A stretch of 64,000 nt of DNA, taken from assembly GCF_004010195.1 (NCBI RefSeq), contig NC_057719.1:17176893-17240892 (forward strand), given 5' to 3'. Made by a program: the position numbers and the translations under genes. The notes under the pieces are model-generated. The model was not told the origin of the DNA and ran no database searches. It saw only the letters and a program-made list of their open reading frames with translations. This document shows positions 12,095 through 25,455 of this stretch, piece by piece. The DNA is from Chiloscyllium plagiosum. Its lineage: Eukaryota. How positions within the stretch are numbered: the first letter of the stretch is position 1; each line of letters begins with the position of its first letter.

Positions 12095-12437
12095 GGGCAG
12101 CACAGTAGCTCAGTGGTTAGCGCTGCTGCCTCACAATGCCAGGGACCTGGGTTCGATTCCAGCCTCAGGTGACCGCCTAGGTGGAGTTTGCATATTACCC
12201 CTATGTCTGCATGGGTTTCCTCCAGGTGCTCCAGTTTCCTCCCATAGTCCAAAGATGTGCAGGTTAGGTAGATTGCCCAGACTAAATGTTCCATGGCGTC
12301 CAGGGATGTGCAGGTTAGATGGGTTAGCCATAGGAAATGTGGGGTAATGAGGATGGGCTGGGAAGCCCTTCGCACAGTCAGTACAGATTTGATGGGCTGA
12401 ATGGCCTCTAACCACACCATAAAGATTCTATGATTCT
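12095..12437 (+). mobile_element. HE1-type SINE, full length
   Basis: gggcagcacagtagctcagtggttagc, ggttcgattcc, tail gattctatgattct. Confidence 0.9.
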
Positions 12438-12579
12438 CAGTCAGATCTTGTCCTCAAGGATAGGAATTCCATATAACTAATCACTGGATGAAATTCTCCA
12501 ATTTATCTCGGTTCTAGATGGAAGGGCCAGTGTTGTCAAGTTTCCAGGTGAGGAGGATTGATCTGGTTTCTCTTCTTAT

Positions 12580-12805
12580 AGAAGCAAAGTCACCATCATT
12601 CTACTAGGCCATGAGTTGCTCTCCAATTTATGAGAGAGGGAGAGGCAGCTTGTCATAGATTAACCTAAGGGTCACTGTGCCTTAGGCGAGGGAGAGGTTG
12701 AGAAGGACAGTCCTTCATGGTAACCTCAGCCAGTGCTGGGAATTTATACCACACTGATACTGTTGCTCCACTTTACGAGCCAGCCATCTAGCCAACTAAG
12801 TTAAC
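12580..12805 (-). mobile_element. Older tRNA-derived SINE
   Basis: Minus strand starts gttaacttagttggctagatggctgg (tRNA A-box-like), followed by aattcccagcactggctgaggttacc. Confidence 0.55.
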
Positions 12806-13364
12806 AGACTTCATTGTGTCCTCAGCCCTTGGTTTGATCCCAACATGGTTAATTTAAAATGAATCTTTCCCTTTGTGAATGCCCTTCTCCCAGGCCTACT
12901 GAATTCATTGTCTAAAAGGAGCCAATTTAACCAGGCTTTCTCCAGATAACTAAAGAGTAAGCTTTACCAGTTAGGAATCATGAGAAGCAAATAGCACATA
13001 CATACAGATTAGAAGTCAGAATTCAGTTCAACAAATAAAATAGTTGATAGAGACATGGATCAATCTCTGAGTTCTGTGAACAGTGGATGATGCAACATTG
13101 CAACCATTATATTGGGTGATACTGGGAGTACAGAAGTTATAGGGCAGTGCTTGATTTGAGATGCTTCATTTTTCAGGTAAATTGAGTTTCTATCGTGCTG
13201 TTTCCTTTCAGTCATGGCAGGCTTGTAACACCCAGAGCATTATCTTGTATTTTCCTTTTTACTTGCAATGTGGAGGTGTTTAGTAGCTGTGTTCAAGCTG
13301 TGCCCTTCACAGTACACTAATGTTCCTTACAGCCACAGTTATCTTTCAGAGGTATATCCTCTTG

Positions 13365-13780
13365 AAATACAAGGCTATTGCACCAAAATAGGAGTTCATG
13401 GTGTTGGGGTGGGGGAGGGGGGAGGGGGGAAGTATTAGCAGATACTTAGGATTGGTTAACATTCGGGATATATAAGAGAGTAGGATTAATGTGTCTTTTT
13501 TAGGTTGGAAGGGCATAAATACTGGAATGTCGCAAGAATCAGTCATGAAAAGTCAATTATTCATGACCTATGTCAGTTAGTGTAGTTCGGTTTGCTAATC
13601 ATATCAAAACAGGTGGTAGGGTATGCTTCGGTAAAGGCATAAGGAACCTACAAAGGGATATTGATAAACTGAGTGTGTAGGCAACAGCTTGGCAGATGGA
13701 TTAAACTGTAGAAAAGTGCACCTTGATTGGAAGGATCAGAAGTTAGGCTATTATCTAAATCGAGAGAAACTCCAAAATGG
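13365..13780 (+). mobile_element. Decayed CR1 RT fragment
   Basis: Degenerate RLL..KIGVHGVG, DWLT, G(M)SQESV, WQM and YYLN motifs. Confidence 0.65.
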
Positions 13781-13784
13781 TCTC

Positions 13785-16460
13785 CTCAAAATATTTTAAC
13801 AGATTTGTCAGGCATGATATCCCCTTGATGAAGCCATACTGACTCAGCCCTCCATTACTATTTCCAAGTATTCCAGAATCTCATCCTTAATGTTGGACAC
13901 TAAAATTTTACCAATGACCAAAGTCAGGCTAACCAGCCTAAAGTTTTCTGGCTTCTGTTTCCTCCCTTTTTGAACAGGGAAGTTACATTAGTCATTTTCT
14001 AGTCTTCTGGGATCCTCCTACATTCCAGTGATTCCTGAAAGTCACCACCAATGCCTCCATGACCTCCTCAGCTCTTTTAGAACCATGGGGTATAGTCAGT
14101 CTAGTCCAGGTAATTTATCTACTTTCAGACCTTCCAACTTCCCATCCCTTCTCCTCAGTGATGACCATTACACTCACCTCAGCCTCATGATTCTATTGAA
14201 GTTCTGACATGCTACTGGTATCTTCCACCATGAAGACTGATGCATGTACCTGCTCAGTTCTTCCCCCATTTTTTTGTTCCCCATTTCTACTTCTCCACCT
14301 TCATTCCCCAGCAATCCAATATCCACTCTTACCTATTATATATCTTTAAAAACACATACAATCTTCTTTTATAATTACTAGCTAGATTATCCTCATATTT
14401 TATCTTTCCTCCCTTTATTGTTTTTTTCAGTTGTCCTCTGCTAGTTTTTAAAGATGTCCCAATCCCCTAGCTTCCCACATGTCTTCACCACATTCTATAC
14501 CATCTCTTTTGTTTTTATGGTGTCCCTAATTACTTGTTCTGACTCTCCTTGTCAGCAATGGTTGTCTCATCCTCTGCTTATTATGCTTCTTCTACTTTGG
14601 GACAAATTTCTGCTATGCCTCCCAAGTTACTCCCAGAAACCCCTGCCATTGCTGCTTTACCATCTTTCTTGCTTGGCTCCCCTTCCAATGAACTCTGGCC
14701 AGCTCCTCCCTTGTGTCTTTGTTATTACCTCTCCTCAGTTGTAATACTGATACATCTGATTCCAGCTTCTTCCTCTTAAACTGCAGGGTGAGTTTTCCTA
14801 TATTATGATCATGGCCCACCAGGTATTCCTTCATCTTATGCTCCCTGATTAAGTGTGTCCCATTAAACATCACCAAATCTTGAATTATCTGTTCCCTCGG
14901 TGGGCTGTATGACAAGCTACTCCGAAAAACCCATCTCATCGACATTCCAGAAGCTGCTTTTCTTTGGATCTGATACCAACCTGATTCTCCCAGTGCACAT
15001 ACATTTGAGGTCTCCCATGATTATAAAAATAGTGTCCTCCCTATATGTCGTTTCTATCTCCTGATTTATTTTCTTCCCCACAACCCAGTACTGTGAGGGA
15101 GTCCTGTACATAACTTCCAAAGAGGTCCTTTATGGCTCCTCAACTTTACCTACTCCGATCCTACGCCCCCTGACTCTAAATAGTTTGCTATCAATTTGAT
15201 TTTATTTCTTACTGACAAGATAACCCTGTTCCCTGCTGCCCATCTGCCTGTCTTCCAATAGGACGTATATTCTTCAATGTTTAGGTCCCAGCCCTGATTC
15301 CCTTGCTGCCATGTCCCCGTGATGCTCACAACATCGCCCCTGCCAATTTCAATCTGCGCTACAAGCTCATTTTACTTTGTTTCGTGCACTGCATGCATTT
15401 AAGTACAACATCCTCATTGACTGTCCCATTCCTCAAAATTGTCCCCTTGCCTGCTGTGCCTGAAGTTAGATTCCTGACCCTTTCCATACTCTCTATTCAT
15501 CACTTGTTCTGGGAACATTAATAACCTTTCCTGAGATCTTTCCCTACTTAACTGGTTTGAAGTCCTTGTGACCATCCTATTGAGCCTTTCTGCTAGGATC
15601 CTGGTCTCAGATCGGTTCACGTGGAGCCCATCCCGAAGGCAAAATTCCTTCATGTCCCAATACTAATGTCAGTGCCCAGCAAGATGAAAGCCTTCTTTCC
15701 TGCACTACTCCTGTAGCCATGCATTTACCTCCTTAATCTTCTTATCTCTTTGCTAATTTGTACATGGCTTGAGTAATGATCCAAACATAACCCTTGAGAC
15801 ACTATTCCTTAATCTTGTTCCTAATTCGTGATATTTGCCAAACAGGACCTCTTCCCTATACTTGCCTATGTTGTTAATCTCAACATGGACCACAACAACT
15901 AGATCTTTCCCCTCCTCACTCCAATATCCTTTCAAGCTGGTTCAGGATGTCTCTTACCTTAGCATCAGGCAGGAAATGCACCATGGGGGACTCTGGATCC
16001 TGCTTACAAAAGCTACTATCTGTACCTATAATTCTACACTCACCTATCATTGCCACTTTTGTTTTTGATCCCACTCAATGACCTCCTTAACCATTGTGCA
16101 GCGATTAATTTGCCCATCCTCCCTACAGTCCTTTTCCTCATCCCCACAGGAAGTGACTGCCTCTTGGAACTCAGCAAGCAGGTAACTCTCCGCCTCCTTG
16201 ATTTGCCAAAGTGTTCAAACCTCACACTCCAGTTCATCAACTCTGAGCCTCAAGCAACCAACACTAAACTACAAATGTGGTCATGATGAACCACAATGGG
16301 GTCCACAAGCTCCCACATCATGCAGCCACAGGACATCACCTGGTCCCGTATTTCCAAGTTATTTAATTAGTTTTCAATTTGTAGTTCTAAATTTCCTCCT
16401 GATTTTTAGCTTTTAATCTGTAAAATGCTTCTCTCATTTAACTTTAACCTATAGTATTCA
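13785..16460 (-). mobile_element. Decayed CR1 LINE: ORF1 (esterase-like), APE endonuclease and start of RT
   Basis: Minus ORFs give VVVVHVEINNIGK and DGLHVN (CR1 ORF1 SGNH-like), MYRTP, IIMGDL, DLVM, GHDHN (APE), and SQYGFIKGISCLTNLL at ~13800-13850. Confidence 0.85.
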
Positions 16461-17914
16461 AATTAGCAGTTACTTACCAGCCAATGAACATGTGTTTCTT
16501 CTGTGATGTCACAGTAGTTTTCACTGTTTCTGATCCCTGAGTCTCTTCACGTGCCTCAGGTTTTTTTTCTCTCTCTCTAGGCTCCCAGATAAGTTTGGAG
16601 CCTCAAACTGAATTTTTAATTCCTGCTCAGTCTCAGTGTCCTCTCCCACTAGCTACTCTTTCCCCTAGTGCCCTAAATTCCCGAAGACCTGACTTGGCAA
16701 TGAAAGAGAGAATATGAAAGAGCAGAAGAACTCATCAATGGGAGAAAAGGAGGATTTGATCACCTCCTTCCTCTTTTAGCTATCTGTCTGTTTCACCATA
16801 CACCAGTTCCAGTCTAATGCAACAAAGCAGCATCCCAGCCCAACCATCTGACCATCCCAGACCCATCCTATTCCTTGGTTGACAGTCCACCCGATTCCAA
16901 TGCAAACAAGACAGGCAGAGTATGAACCAATCTGCCCATTCTCCATATTTGGCTGATTTGTGATACCGCCAATTTAGACTTTGCCTCCTGCACCCAGTTT
17001 TCACAGCTAAAAGGAAATGGGATGATCAAGTCAAATAATTCCCAAAGGCAAAAAAAACAAAAGCGGATGAGAAAATAAATGTAAAGACATATGTAGACTT
17101 TACCAACCGGCATTTGACTTTCATCCAATCTTATGTCACAGTGCACAGAAGGAGTTGCTATATAAAACTTTGGTGCGAAACATGCCTCAAGTTACTACAG
17201 ATCAGGCGCTTCCAATAAGCTTGAAGGGGGATTGAGTTTAAATTAAATATCCACCAAACAATAATAATATTTTCAAATGAAGTGATGATCAACAGCAATA
17301 TTATAATTATGAAAGATTGGGCAGGCCATAACTACTTTTAATCACATAATGAAATATACAGATTGTGTCTAATACTAAAAAGCAATAGTCTCAGGGTGTT
17401 TCCTCTCCCAGAAAGCAAGTAGTGCAGAGCTAGGATCTAGCACTCTAAATACGGAGAGAGTGTCAGATTCAGCGTTACGAACATATTGCCATTATTTCTA
17501 GAACATGTCCCGACACTGTTGTGATGGAGTCTTCAATTGGCAAGCCTTGTTGATGTTTCTGGAGCTTGAATTGCCTAATCTTTAGGTCAATGCCTGCTCT
17601 CTCACTGACATCAATTCGCAGTGATCAAAGCTCAAATCGACTCAAATTTGATCCGTTGAATCCCATTCCACCTATTCGCTCAATTTCCAATCTCTGACCC
17701 TCGAGTAATAAAATGTGCACTTTTGATGCTATTCATCAACATCAGTGATTCCCTCTTATGCCGAACATACAGCAATAAAGATATATAAGACAAATCATAG
17801 AAGCATGGAGTGAGGCCAGTCAGCCTTTGTGCTGATGCCAGCTCTTTGTGAGAGATATAAGTTAGCCCCATGCTTACGTCCTGCTCTGCCAACATCTTTT
17901 TTCAAATGTAGTGA

Positions 17915-18200
17915 CATAGAAGTCGACAGCACAGAAAAAAAGCCTTTCAGCCCATCGAGTCTGTGCCTCTCAAAATCAAACAGCTAGCTATTCTAACTCC
18001 ATGTTCCAACACTTGGCCCATAGCCTTGTCAGCCTTGGCATTGTAAGTGCATATCTAAATGCTTCTTAAATGTTAAATGCTTCTGCTTTTGCCATACTTA
18101 TAGGCAGAGATTTCTAGCTTCCCACCACCCAAGTATTTTTAAACACACCCCCTCTCAGCCTCCTGCCCCTTACTTTGAGTCTAAATCTATGTCCATTCCC
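17915..18200 (-). mobile_element. CR1/HER1-like LINE 3' end fragment
   Basis: catagaagtcgacagcacagaaaaaaagcctttcagcccatcgagtctg is the reverse complement of the shared LINE tail. Confidence 0.65.
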
Positions 18201-19545
18201 TTTCTTAAAAATTAATTGCTTTTGAATTTACCGTCATCTTCCAAGCAATAAAAGCTTCTGAAATCATTGCACACTTTCCTTTTTGGTATTCATTTACCCT
18301 CTTTTTATGATGCCATGTCAAATTCCAGGTTCATTCCAAGAAATGGGGAATGAAATGCTGCATTTGCTGCAGTCCAGCCAGTATCAAACACTTCTAATTC
18401 AGGCTCGAGGTAAAGGAAATGTCCCATCTCTTGAACCCCCAAAATAGGGGAAGATTTCCTCTGTTTTCTGTTCAAACACTTTTGTAGTCCTTAACTAATT
18501 CCAAGCTGGATGACAACTCCTCCCATCCACATCTTAACAAGCAATTGGGAAATTGTACATGCAGCAAATATTGTCACAGGTCCATTCCTCAGATAGACCT
18601 CCCATACCATTAGAGGATTTATTCTAAACTGCACATAGTTTTAGCTGCATGACACTTCCGATTGTGATATATATATTGGCATTTCCTTTGTATCTTAATC
18701 CCAACCAAAAGAAAAAAGGAAAGGCAGAACCTTATCTCATTAATCTGGGATAGACACAATCCCCAGCAGTGAAAGAAATGGATTGAAACCCCAACAGTGA
18801 AAGAGCAGTAAAATATCCCAGTCTGCTACCCCAAACCTCATCTTTTTCAAGCAAACTTTAATACAGATTGATTTTATTTGTTTTGCCTTGCACTTCTCAA
18901 AACCACAATTTTTCATTGATTCCTGAACACCATAGACCATAAAAATATCACTCACAGCCCTCATTACATGCAGCATTCTCTCCTCACGCTGCTTACGCCA
19001 TTAACCACACCACGTGATCGGCCCATTACTTGTTATAACATAGTGGTGAATGTATCAGAATAAAGTATCATAGCATTAACATTTTCAATCAGAACAGGAA
19101 ATGCGGCTGGTCAAAATCAGTCACTCAACAAAACAACTTGAGCTGGGCTTTTCATCATAATTCAAAAAGCCAAAAACATTAAGCAGCCTCTTTCCTGTCA
19201 AACTGCAGGGGATTCATTTTCATTTCAGAATTCCATCTTGCACATTTTACTCTTTCTGAGGGGAAGGAATTTCAATGGTGATAGTCTGCTAGCCCATGAA
19301 ATATTTGAGACGTATCTTAGCTCTGTTTTTTTTTTAATCATGCTACAGTTCGTGGCATTTCATGATTAAAAGTGCTCACCAAGCTTTCAATCTTTGTGTA
19401 TTTAAATATTTTCGTTTATATATCTGTAGATCGTGGTATGTATGCACATGCATAGGTGTGCATATATATGATATTACAAATTGACTTAAGGTCCATAAAC
19501 TCAAACCAATTCTTCAATCCTACTTGGGTGGAGGGGGTGGTTGAG

Positions 19546-19570
19546 GTGTGTGTGTTTGTGTGTGTGTGTG
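19546..19570. repeat. Imperfect (GT)n microsatellite
   Basis: gtgtgtgtgtttgtgtgtgtgtgtg. Confidence 0.9.
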
Positions 19571-19704
19571 AATATATACACACAGGTGTCTCTATACCGG
19601 ATACATAAAATTCTTCTCAAGTGAGGATCCAGAAATTGATAAGTCTTCGGAAAACAACATGACATTATAAAGGTCATTTTTTGCTCTTAGACTGGTGGCC
19701 TTAC

Positions 19705-19848
19705 CCTCTGAGGAAGAATACTTTGGAAGTTTGGAAGCATCCTGCCCTGTGGATTTCTTATAGATCCAGATCAGAAGACATCGAATGAAGATATTCGGTC
19801 ACAGTAAGGATAGCTCCCTGCTGAGAGCAGACTCTCAAAGAATTGCAA
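19705..19848 (-). CDS. Host-gene exon (144 nt); probable 5' UTR plus start codon at 19740 encoding MLPNFQSILPQR; gene not recognised
   Basis: Strong acceptor cttttcttcttatatttcag| and donor AGG|gtaagg. ATG in gcAggATG context with 12 codons to a phase-0 donor. Unique, non-repeat sequence. Confidence 0.55.
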
Positions 19849-20604
19849 CTGAAATATAAGAAGAAAAGTTCCAAGGTTGGTTACCATCAGAAAAGCAAAT
19901 TAACACAATTTTAAAGCTCATGCTGTTTTGTAGAAATAATAGATTGTCCTATTTAGTGTGGGATAATATTTGTTTATATCAAGATTAATTTAAATTGAAT
20001 TTGTCCTTTTCTCAGAGTTCCTCATTCTACTGTTATTTTTACCTTGGGAGTTTGCTGCAATCTCTGGCAAAACAATTTCATTTTTCAGCTGTTGTTTTTA
20101 ACAGTCAGCATCAAAAATAATAGATCCTAATGTGTGAAAATGAACTAAGTAAGCAATGAGGTTTACTTCGGAGACTAGAGTCGTCCATGGAGAGTGCTGC
20201 TGGGTTGTGAGATGGAATTATTTTGGTATTAAATAGCGACACTTTGAGAGCAAACCTCCCCTGCACCCCCCCCCCAAAGGCACAAGGCAATGTTGAGCTG
20301 GCATCCTGACCGAGTTGCTGCTGGTGCCAATCTTGCCCTTCCATCATCCCCTTTCAACTCTGCCCGATTCAGCCAAGTGAACTGCAGCTGGTCTCAGGCT
20401 GAATGGATTGATGCATGAAAGCAATGATGCTTTTGGACGGGAACCCAGGCTCCATTCATCCCCTCTGAATTGGACTGAAGGGCAACGAGCAACAAAAGAA
20501 AACAAGACCTTTCATTACAATTTCCCACCATCCTCTTTTCTTTCAAAAGAAAAGAAAATCGACCATCCTTTTCTCAGTCTCCTTCAGGTGACGCAGGTAC
20601 TTGC

Positions 20605-20760
20605 CATGCCTCTGACCAACACAATGAGTAGGCTCCCCACTCTCCCATCTCTGTTCCACTCAAGCACAGCTTGGCAGAAGGTGCATTGCAGGAAGCTGGA
20701 ACGGATTGCAAGGAGAAGTGATTGAAGTGAGGACACGAGGCTCATTTAAGGAACAGTTGG
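20605..20760 (-). promoter_or_regulatory. Possible core promoter and first exon (TATA-like, Inr, GC-type donor)
   Basis: Minus strand CTTAAAT at 20750-20744, Inr-like TCACTTC 30 nt downstream (A at 20719), and ATG|gcaagt non-canonical donor at 20605/20604. Confidence 0.3.
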
Positions 20761-21184
20761 GCGCTTTAGCAGCGAGGGGTAGAGTTCTGGTTGCACGAAA
20801 TCAAATGGGCCACCTGCCCTGTTTGTCCACACCTGTCTTGTGACCTTGTAAACTTGGCCTGACTCTCCCATTCCTTCCTATCCAAACTGATATTCCCCCG
20901 TTATCTCTGCTCCCCTATCAGCTCGTTTAGAAGGGATGCCTTGAGAGAAAATAGGCAAAAAATAGACTGTGAATATGGGATTTTAAAGGGGCAGGATGGA
21001 GGAAAATTCTAGTAACCAAGCACAGAATTAATTAATTTCTGATTGTGCCTTTATTGTGCAGCCTCTTATCATGTCAACCCCATGAATGATGCACCCCCAT
21101 TAAAGGGAAAGTGAACTTGATTTCTATTTGAAGATTGGAACTGATCTCAACTCCAGATGTACACTTTCAACTGATTTCCCAAAA

Positions 21185-21560
21185 CTTATTCACGGGTTGT
21201 GGGCATCACTGATTGAACCTTCATTTATTGTTTGTTCCTGATTGGTCTTGAGACAGTATCAGTGATCTCCTTCAACCACTGCAGACCTTCTGGTGTTAGA
21301 ACACCCATAATGCTGCTATGAAGCATTTTAGACAATATTGGTTCAGCACTAGTGAAAGAACAACAATATGGCTCCAAGTCAGGATAGTGTGTAACTTGGA
21401 GGAGAACTTGCAGCTGATAGTGTCTCCATACTCACTCGGTTGTGGAGGGTGTAGGTTTGGAAGGTACTGTCTATGGAACCTTGGTGAGTGTCTTTTACCA
21501 AGTACACATTGCTGTTACTGCGCATGGTGGTGGGAGCTCAAGTGTTGAAGGTCTTAGATA
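21185..21560 (-). mobile_element. Old CR1/L2-type LINE 3' fragment
   Basis: Homologous to 25660-26050. Confidence 0.7.
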
Positions 21561-23194
21561 CAAATGTCCCACATTTCCAATTTATTTGAAAATGTAGTCC
21601 TTCAGTTACTGACTGATGGGCCAACACTATTGAGTCATACCGATACCAATATCATACCACCTCAGTGTAAACCATGATCCTAAACTAGAACAAACTATGC
21701 AACAAGCCTATTAGTGATTCTTTGAAATGACCACAAAACAGTTCATTTTCATTATTTTTCATGTTAAATATCTGGATCCCTGTTAGCATATGAGTAACAC
21801 AAACCATTATTGGCATCTGAACAATGCCATCTCCACTCAGTGCAAGGTGTCTATTGCTTTGCGTGGTATAATTGAACTTGATGTTCAAAAATGGTGTCCA
21901 TGATATGTGTATCCAGATAATATCCACAGAACTAAATGAAGTAGCTAGTGCAACTGTGGTTTGACCATAGTATTGCCCTTTAGAGCTTCATCTTCCAGCC
22001 TACACTTTCTCTTAACCATACACAACTGAATTTGCATTCATCAGCATGAAAGGCCACTCCCACTCCCACACCAGCTGTATTTAAATGTACCCCATGTTTA
22101 TAGGTTAATTGCTGGTTCTTCAGGCTTTTGCAACAGAATGCTTTTGAAGCTTTTTGTAGTCATTTGAGTATTCAAAATTCTACAGGGAAGGTTGTGGCAG
22201 GTGCTGAAGGGTGTTTCACTGAATTCAAACTTCTGGGCAAATTATTTGGCCCTCAGACATGGGTTCCATAGTAAGCTTTTCTATTGAAAGTAAACATGTC
22301 CAGTAGAATGAGCAGAGGCTAAGAGGAATCAGACAAGATGCTAGAAGAGGGAGGCGGGGGAGAAGAGGAGGCCTGGAGGTAGCTGCCAGAAAGCTACTGA
22401 AGATAAAGTATTCAGAGAGCAACTTTCTACATCAATATCAGCATTAACCAATATTTCCAATGTCTGCATTTTACTGAGGAGTTTATCAATGCTGAAAACC
22501 ATCAACTGTCGCAGCCACATGTCATAGCTTAGAGTAGAACAGCGATTGTATTGCCACTAGTGGTGAATTAACCATGACAATGAATATTTATCCAACTGGC
22601 TCCTTCCAGGCTCGTGCTGGAGGTCTTTTCAACACCTTGCAATTGCCTTTCTGTATAAGGAAGATCACTAACGTTCGCTTTACAAACAGCAAACTTCATT
22701 TCACTCTCTTGTTCTGGAGCGAGGCAGGCGGAGTTGCAAAGTTTACAGATTTTCCCATGGTACTGAGTTCCATTCACTGCATGCACATGTTTTGCTTGCA
22801 CCACTGCCTGAAAGCCTCTCTATCATTACGAAAATGGCTACAAAAGTTCAAATGTTTTGAGAGATATATGACTGATTGAACATTTCAATGCATTTTACCC
22901 ATCCCATTCTCATAGCCCTGTACACCATTGGGAATCAGAAATCTATCAATCTCCATCTTAAACATTCTGAAGAATAAAATTCCACACCTCTATCCTGGAT
23001 TTCGCAGTGTTACATAAACTTGTCACTTAAGTTTAGAGATAGCATAGATGTAAAAGCTCCAAAGAAAAACCAGGAACACTCTATTAAAGACAGCAGAAGG
23101 GCTAAATTAAATCGCCCTGATGTTGGGTTAGGGGTTGTGACGTGCGATTATGCTTAGCCCGTTCAAAGTAGTTCAGGAAGCATGCAATCTTCTC

Positions 23195-23218
23195 GTGTGT
23201 GTGTGTGTGTGTGTGTGT
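23195..23218. repeat. (GT)12 microsatellite
   Basis: Seen directly. Confidence 0.95.
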
Positions 23219-23519
23219 CCAAGGTGAGCGACTGCACTCAAATAAATGTCCAATACGACTGACTGCAGCACTAGCCTCAGCTGCTGCTCGAGGTGCACAA
23301 GACTCTGGACATTTCAACACCAGCTCTTGAACCTCCCGTTCTTGTGTTGTACATCACCCTCACACACTGCTGCATACATATCCCAGACTGCATACAATGA
23401 CAGCTATTCACCTGTGTCGGCCATATCACCCAAACGTATTACACAATACTCACTGAGACAGGACCTGTCTCTTTTCCAGGAGTTGCATCACAAATGGCAA
23501 CAACCAGAATCTGAAAGGT

Positions 23520-23850
23520 GAAAGTATTTTGGTTCTACCCAGGTGACCTGGGTTCAAATCTCATCTGCTCCCACTACATAATAACATTCTGAACTGGTTG
23601 ATTAGCAAATATTGATACAGTAGTTTCGGTAATGGTGACCATGACAAATATCATCAGGTTATCTGATCCACTAGTGGCTCCTATGGAAGGAAATCTGCTA
23701 TCTTCACATGGGTCTGGCCCACATGTGACTCCACAGTCTCTCAACTGCCCTCTACTCTGAGCAAGCCACTCAATTCAAGAGTAATTAAGGACGGGTAATA
23801 AACATTGGCTTACTAGGCATTCCCAGATCTCACGAAAGAAATTTGTAAAA
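23520..23850 (+). mobile_element. Old SINE-like repeat sharing its 3' tail with the CR1/L2-type LINE
   Basis: gggttcaaatc B-box, gtaatggtgaccatg, gaaggaaatctgc, and tail aataaacattggc...cccag. Related to 32820-33160, 36710-37100 and 46325-46635. Confidence 0.6.
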
Positions 23851-24744
23851 GTATAATTATATGATTCTGATTCATAAATTATATAATGAAGCATGAGCCA
23901 GAGGTGATTAGCAAATGAAACTTGGTGTAAGTTAGGAAATGAATTGGCTTAGGTGAGATGATTATGTTTTATTGTTAGACTGGTACCACAATTCCTGCCT
24001 GTCATATAAGTGGATCCTATATTGTTCCTCATGTTATCTGGCTAAGGTTAAGGCAAAGTTGATTGCTTTTTCCCTTTCTTCCAGCACACAGTTCAATATG
24101 TGTATGCTGAAGCAACTGGGTTCACAGGGTGGCAGGAGAAGTCTTTCCTTTTTTTTATCTGATTTGACATTACATGAACTGAATGCTGCTCTTTTAATCT
24201 CTCTTTCAGAATTTTATTCCCATCAGCCTCTGAGGTCCTCAGTTTGTTCATGTTCAGGCATGACAGGTGGTGTGGCAACACCAAGGGAACGTCAAACATA
24301 CCCCGGACAATCAAAGCAATATTTCACACCATTCAATAGTCAGCCATGTACTCTTGGGAAAAATTAGTGTTGATTTAACTCCTAATTCAGCGCACAGTTG
24401 ATTGTCCAACCACAAGGTTAACTTGGATACAATGGCAACAGCAGATTGTAAACTGTGCCACATTGTAATTGAATACTTAGAATTGCTATGTAGACAGCGA
24501 TTTAAAAAGAGAAAAGACAGGACTTCAACATAGCATTATAATTTATGTACTTTACTTAGAATGGTTGCATTGTTGTGCACGTCTACACACCTGAAATTGG
24601 AAGAGCTGTTACACTTACAATTTCCATTTCCACCCCCCTTCCCGAGCATAAAGGTGAAGCAAGTAACATTTACGTTTACATGCCTGAGCTAAATATGGTG
24701 CTGTATCTATATCTGTATCCGCCTAGGAACCTTCCAACCACAAG

Positions 24745-24825
24745 AGATGAACTCAGATTTCTCCAGTTTCCTCATTCCCTCCCCCCACCTTGTCTCAGTC
24801 CCAACCTTCAAACTGAGCACCACCT
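24745..24825 (+). mobile_element. PLE internal fragment (end of ORF/3' UTR)
   Basis: gatttctccagtttcctcattccctccccccaccttgtctcagtcc resembles, from recall, the pyrimidine-rich region after the PLE ORF. Confidence 0.35.
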
Positions 24826-25361
24826 TTGCGTTTTTCCAGCAACACATTTTCAGCTCTTATCTGTATATTGAGCATGGATATTGGGTCTGTACCTGCACAA
24901 TACTTGAAAGCGTTTGGAGTCTATCCCTGAAGAATATGCAAGGATACACAGTCAATACCTGCAATGAAATACAACAAGTTAGTATGGAGGTGCAGCAGGT
25001 AATTAAGAAGGCAAATGGAATGTTGACCTGTAATGAGAGGTGATGGAATATAAAAATAGGGAGGCTTTGCTACAATTGTACAGGACTTTGATGAGAGGAA
25101 GTTTTCTCAGAAGATCATTTGAAATTCTCTACCACAGCAAGCTGTGAAGGTTCAGTCATTGAATGTATTCTGATGTTATGTTCAATGTGCACAGCCTTAT
25201 CCATTGCTGACGACCAAAGTCAGATTCATTTCACATCTCATCCCCAGGTAGATCCATGGTGCAGCGAAGCCATCATCCCTGATTCAACTTATGTCAGATA
25301 TAAAGCTCATTGCCTCTGACGATGTCAATCAAGTCACAGACACACTTGCTGTTTAAATTCA

Positions 25362-25455
25362 AAGTTAAAAATCACACAAGTTAAAAATCACACACCTGGT
25401 TTTGTCTGATTTTTAACTTTGTACACCCCAGTCCAACACTGGCATCTCCAAATCA
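25362..25455 (+). mobile_element. Collapsed PLE palindrome (family 2), hammerhead core deleted
   Basis: Tail ctttgtacaccccagtccaacactggcatctcca matches 34625-34657. Residual inverted repeat aaagttaaaaatca/tgatttttaacttt. TSD tgtttaa(a/g)ttca at 25350-25361 and 25456-25467. Confidence 0.7.

Noticed and set aside
12095-12175. tRNA gene
   Set aside because: The A/B boxes are the head of a SINE and continue into the SINE body and LINE-derived tail. The same applies to the other HE1 copies.
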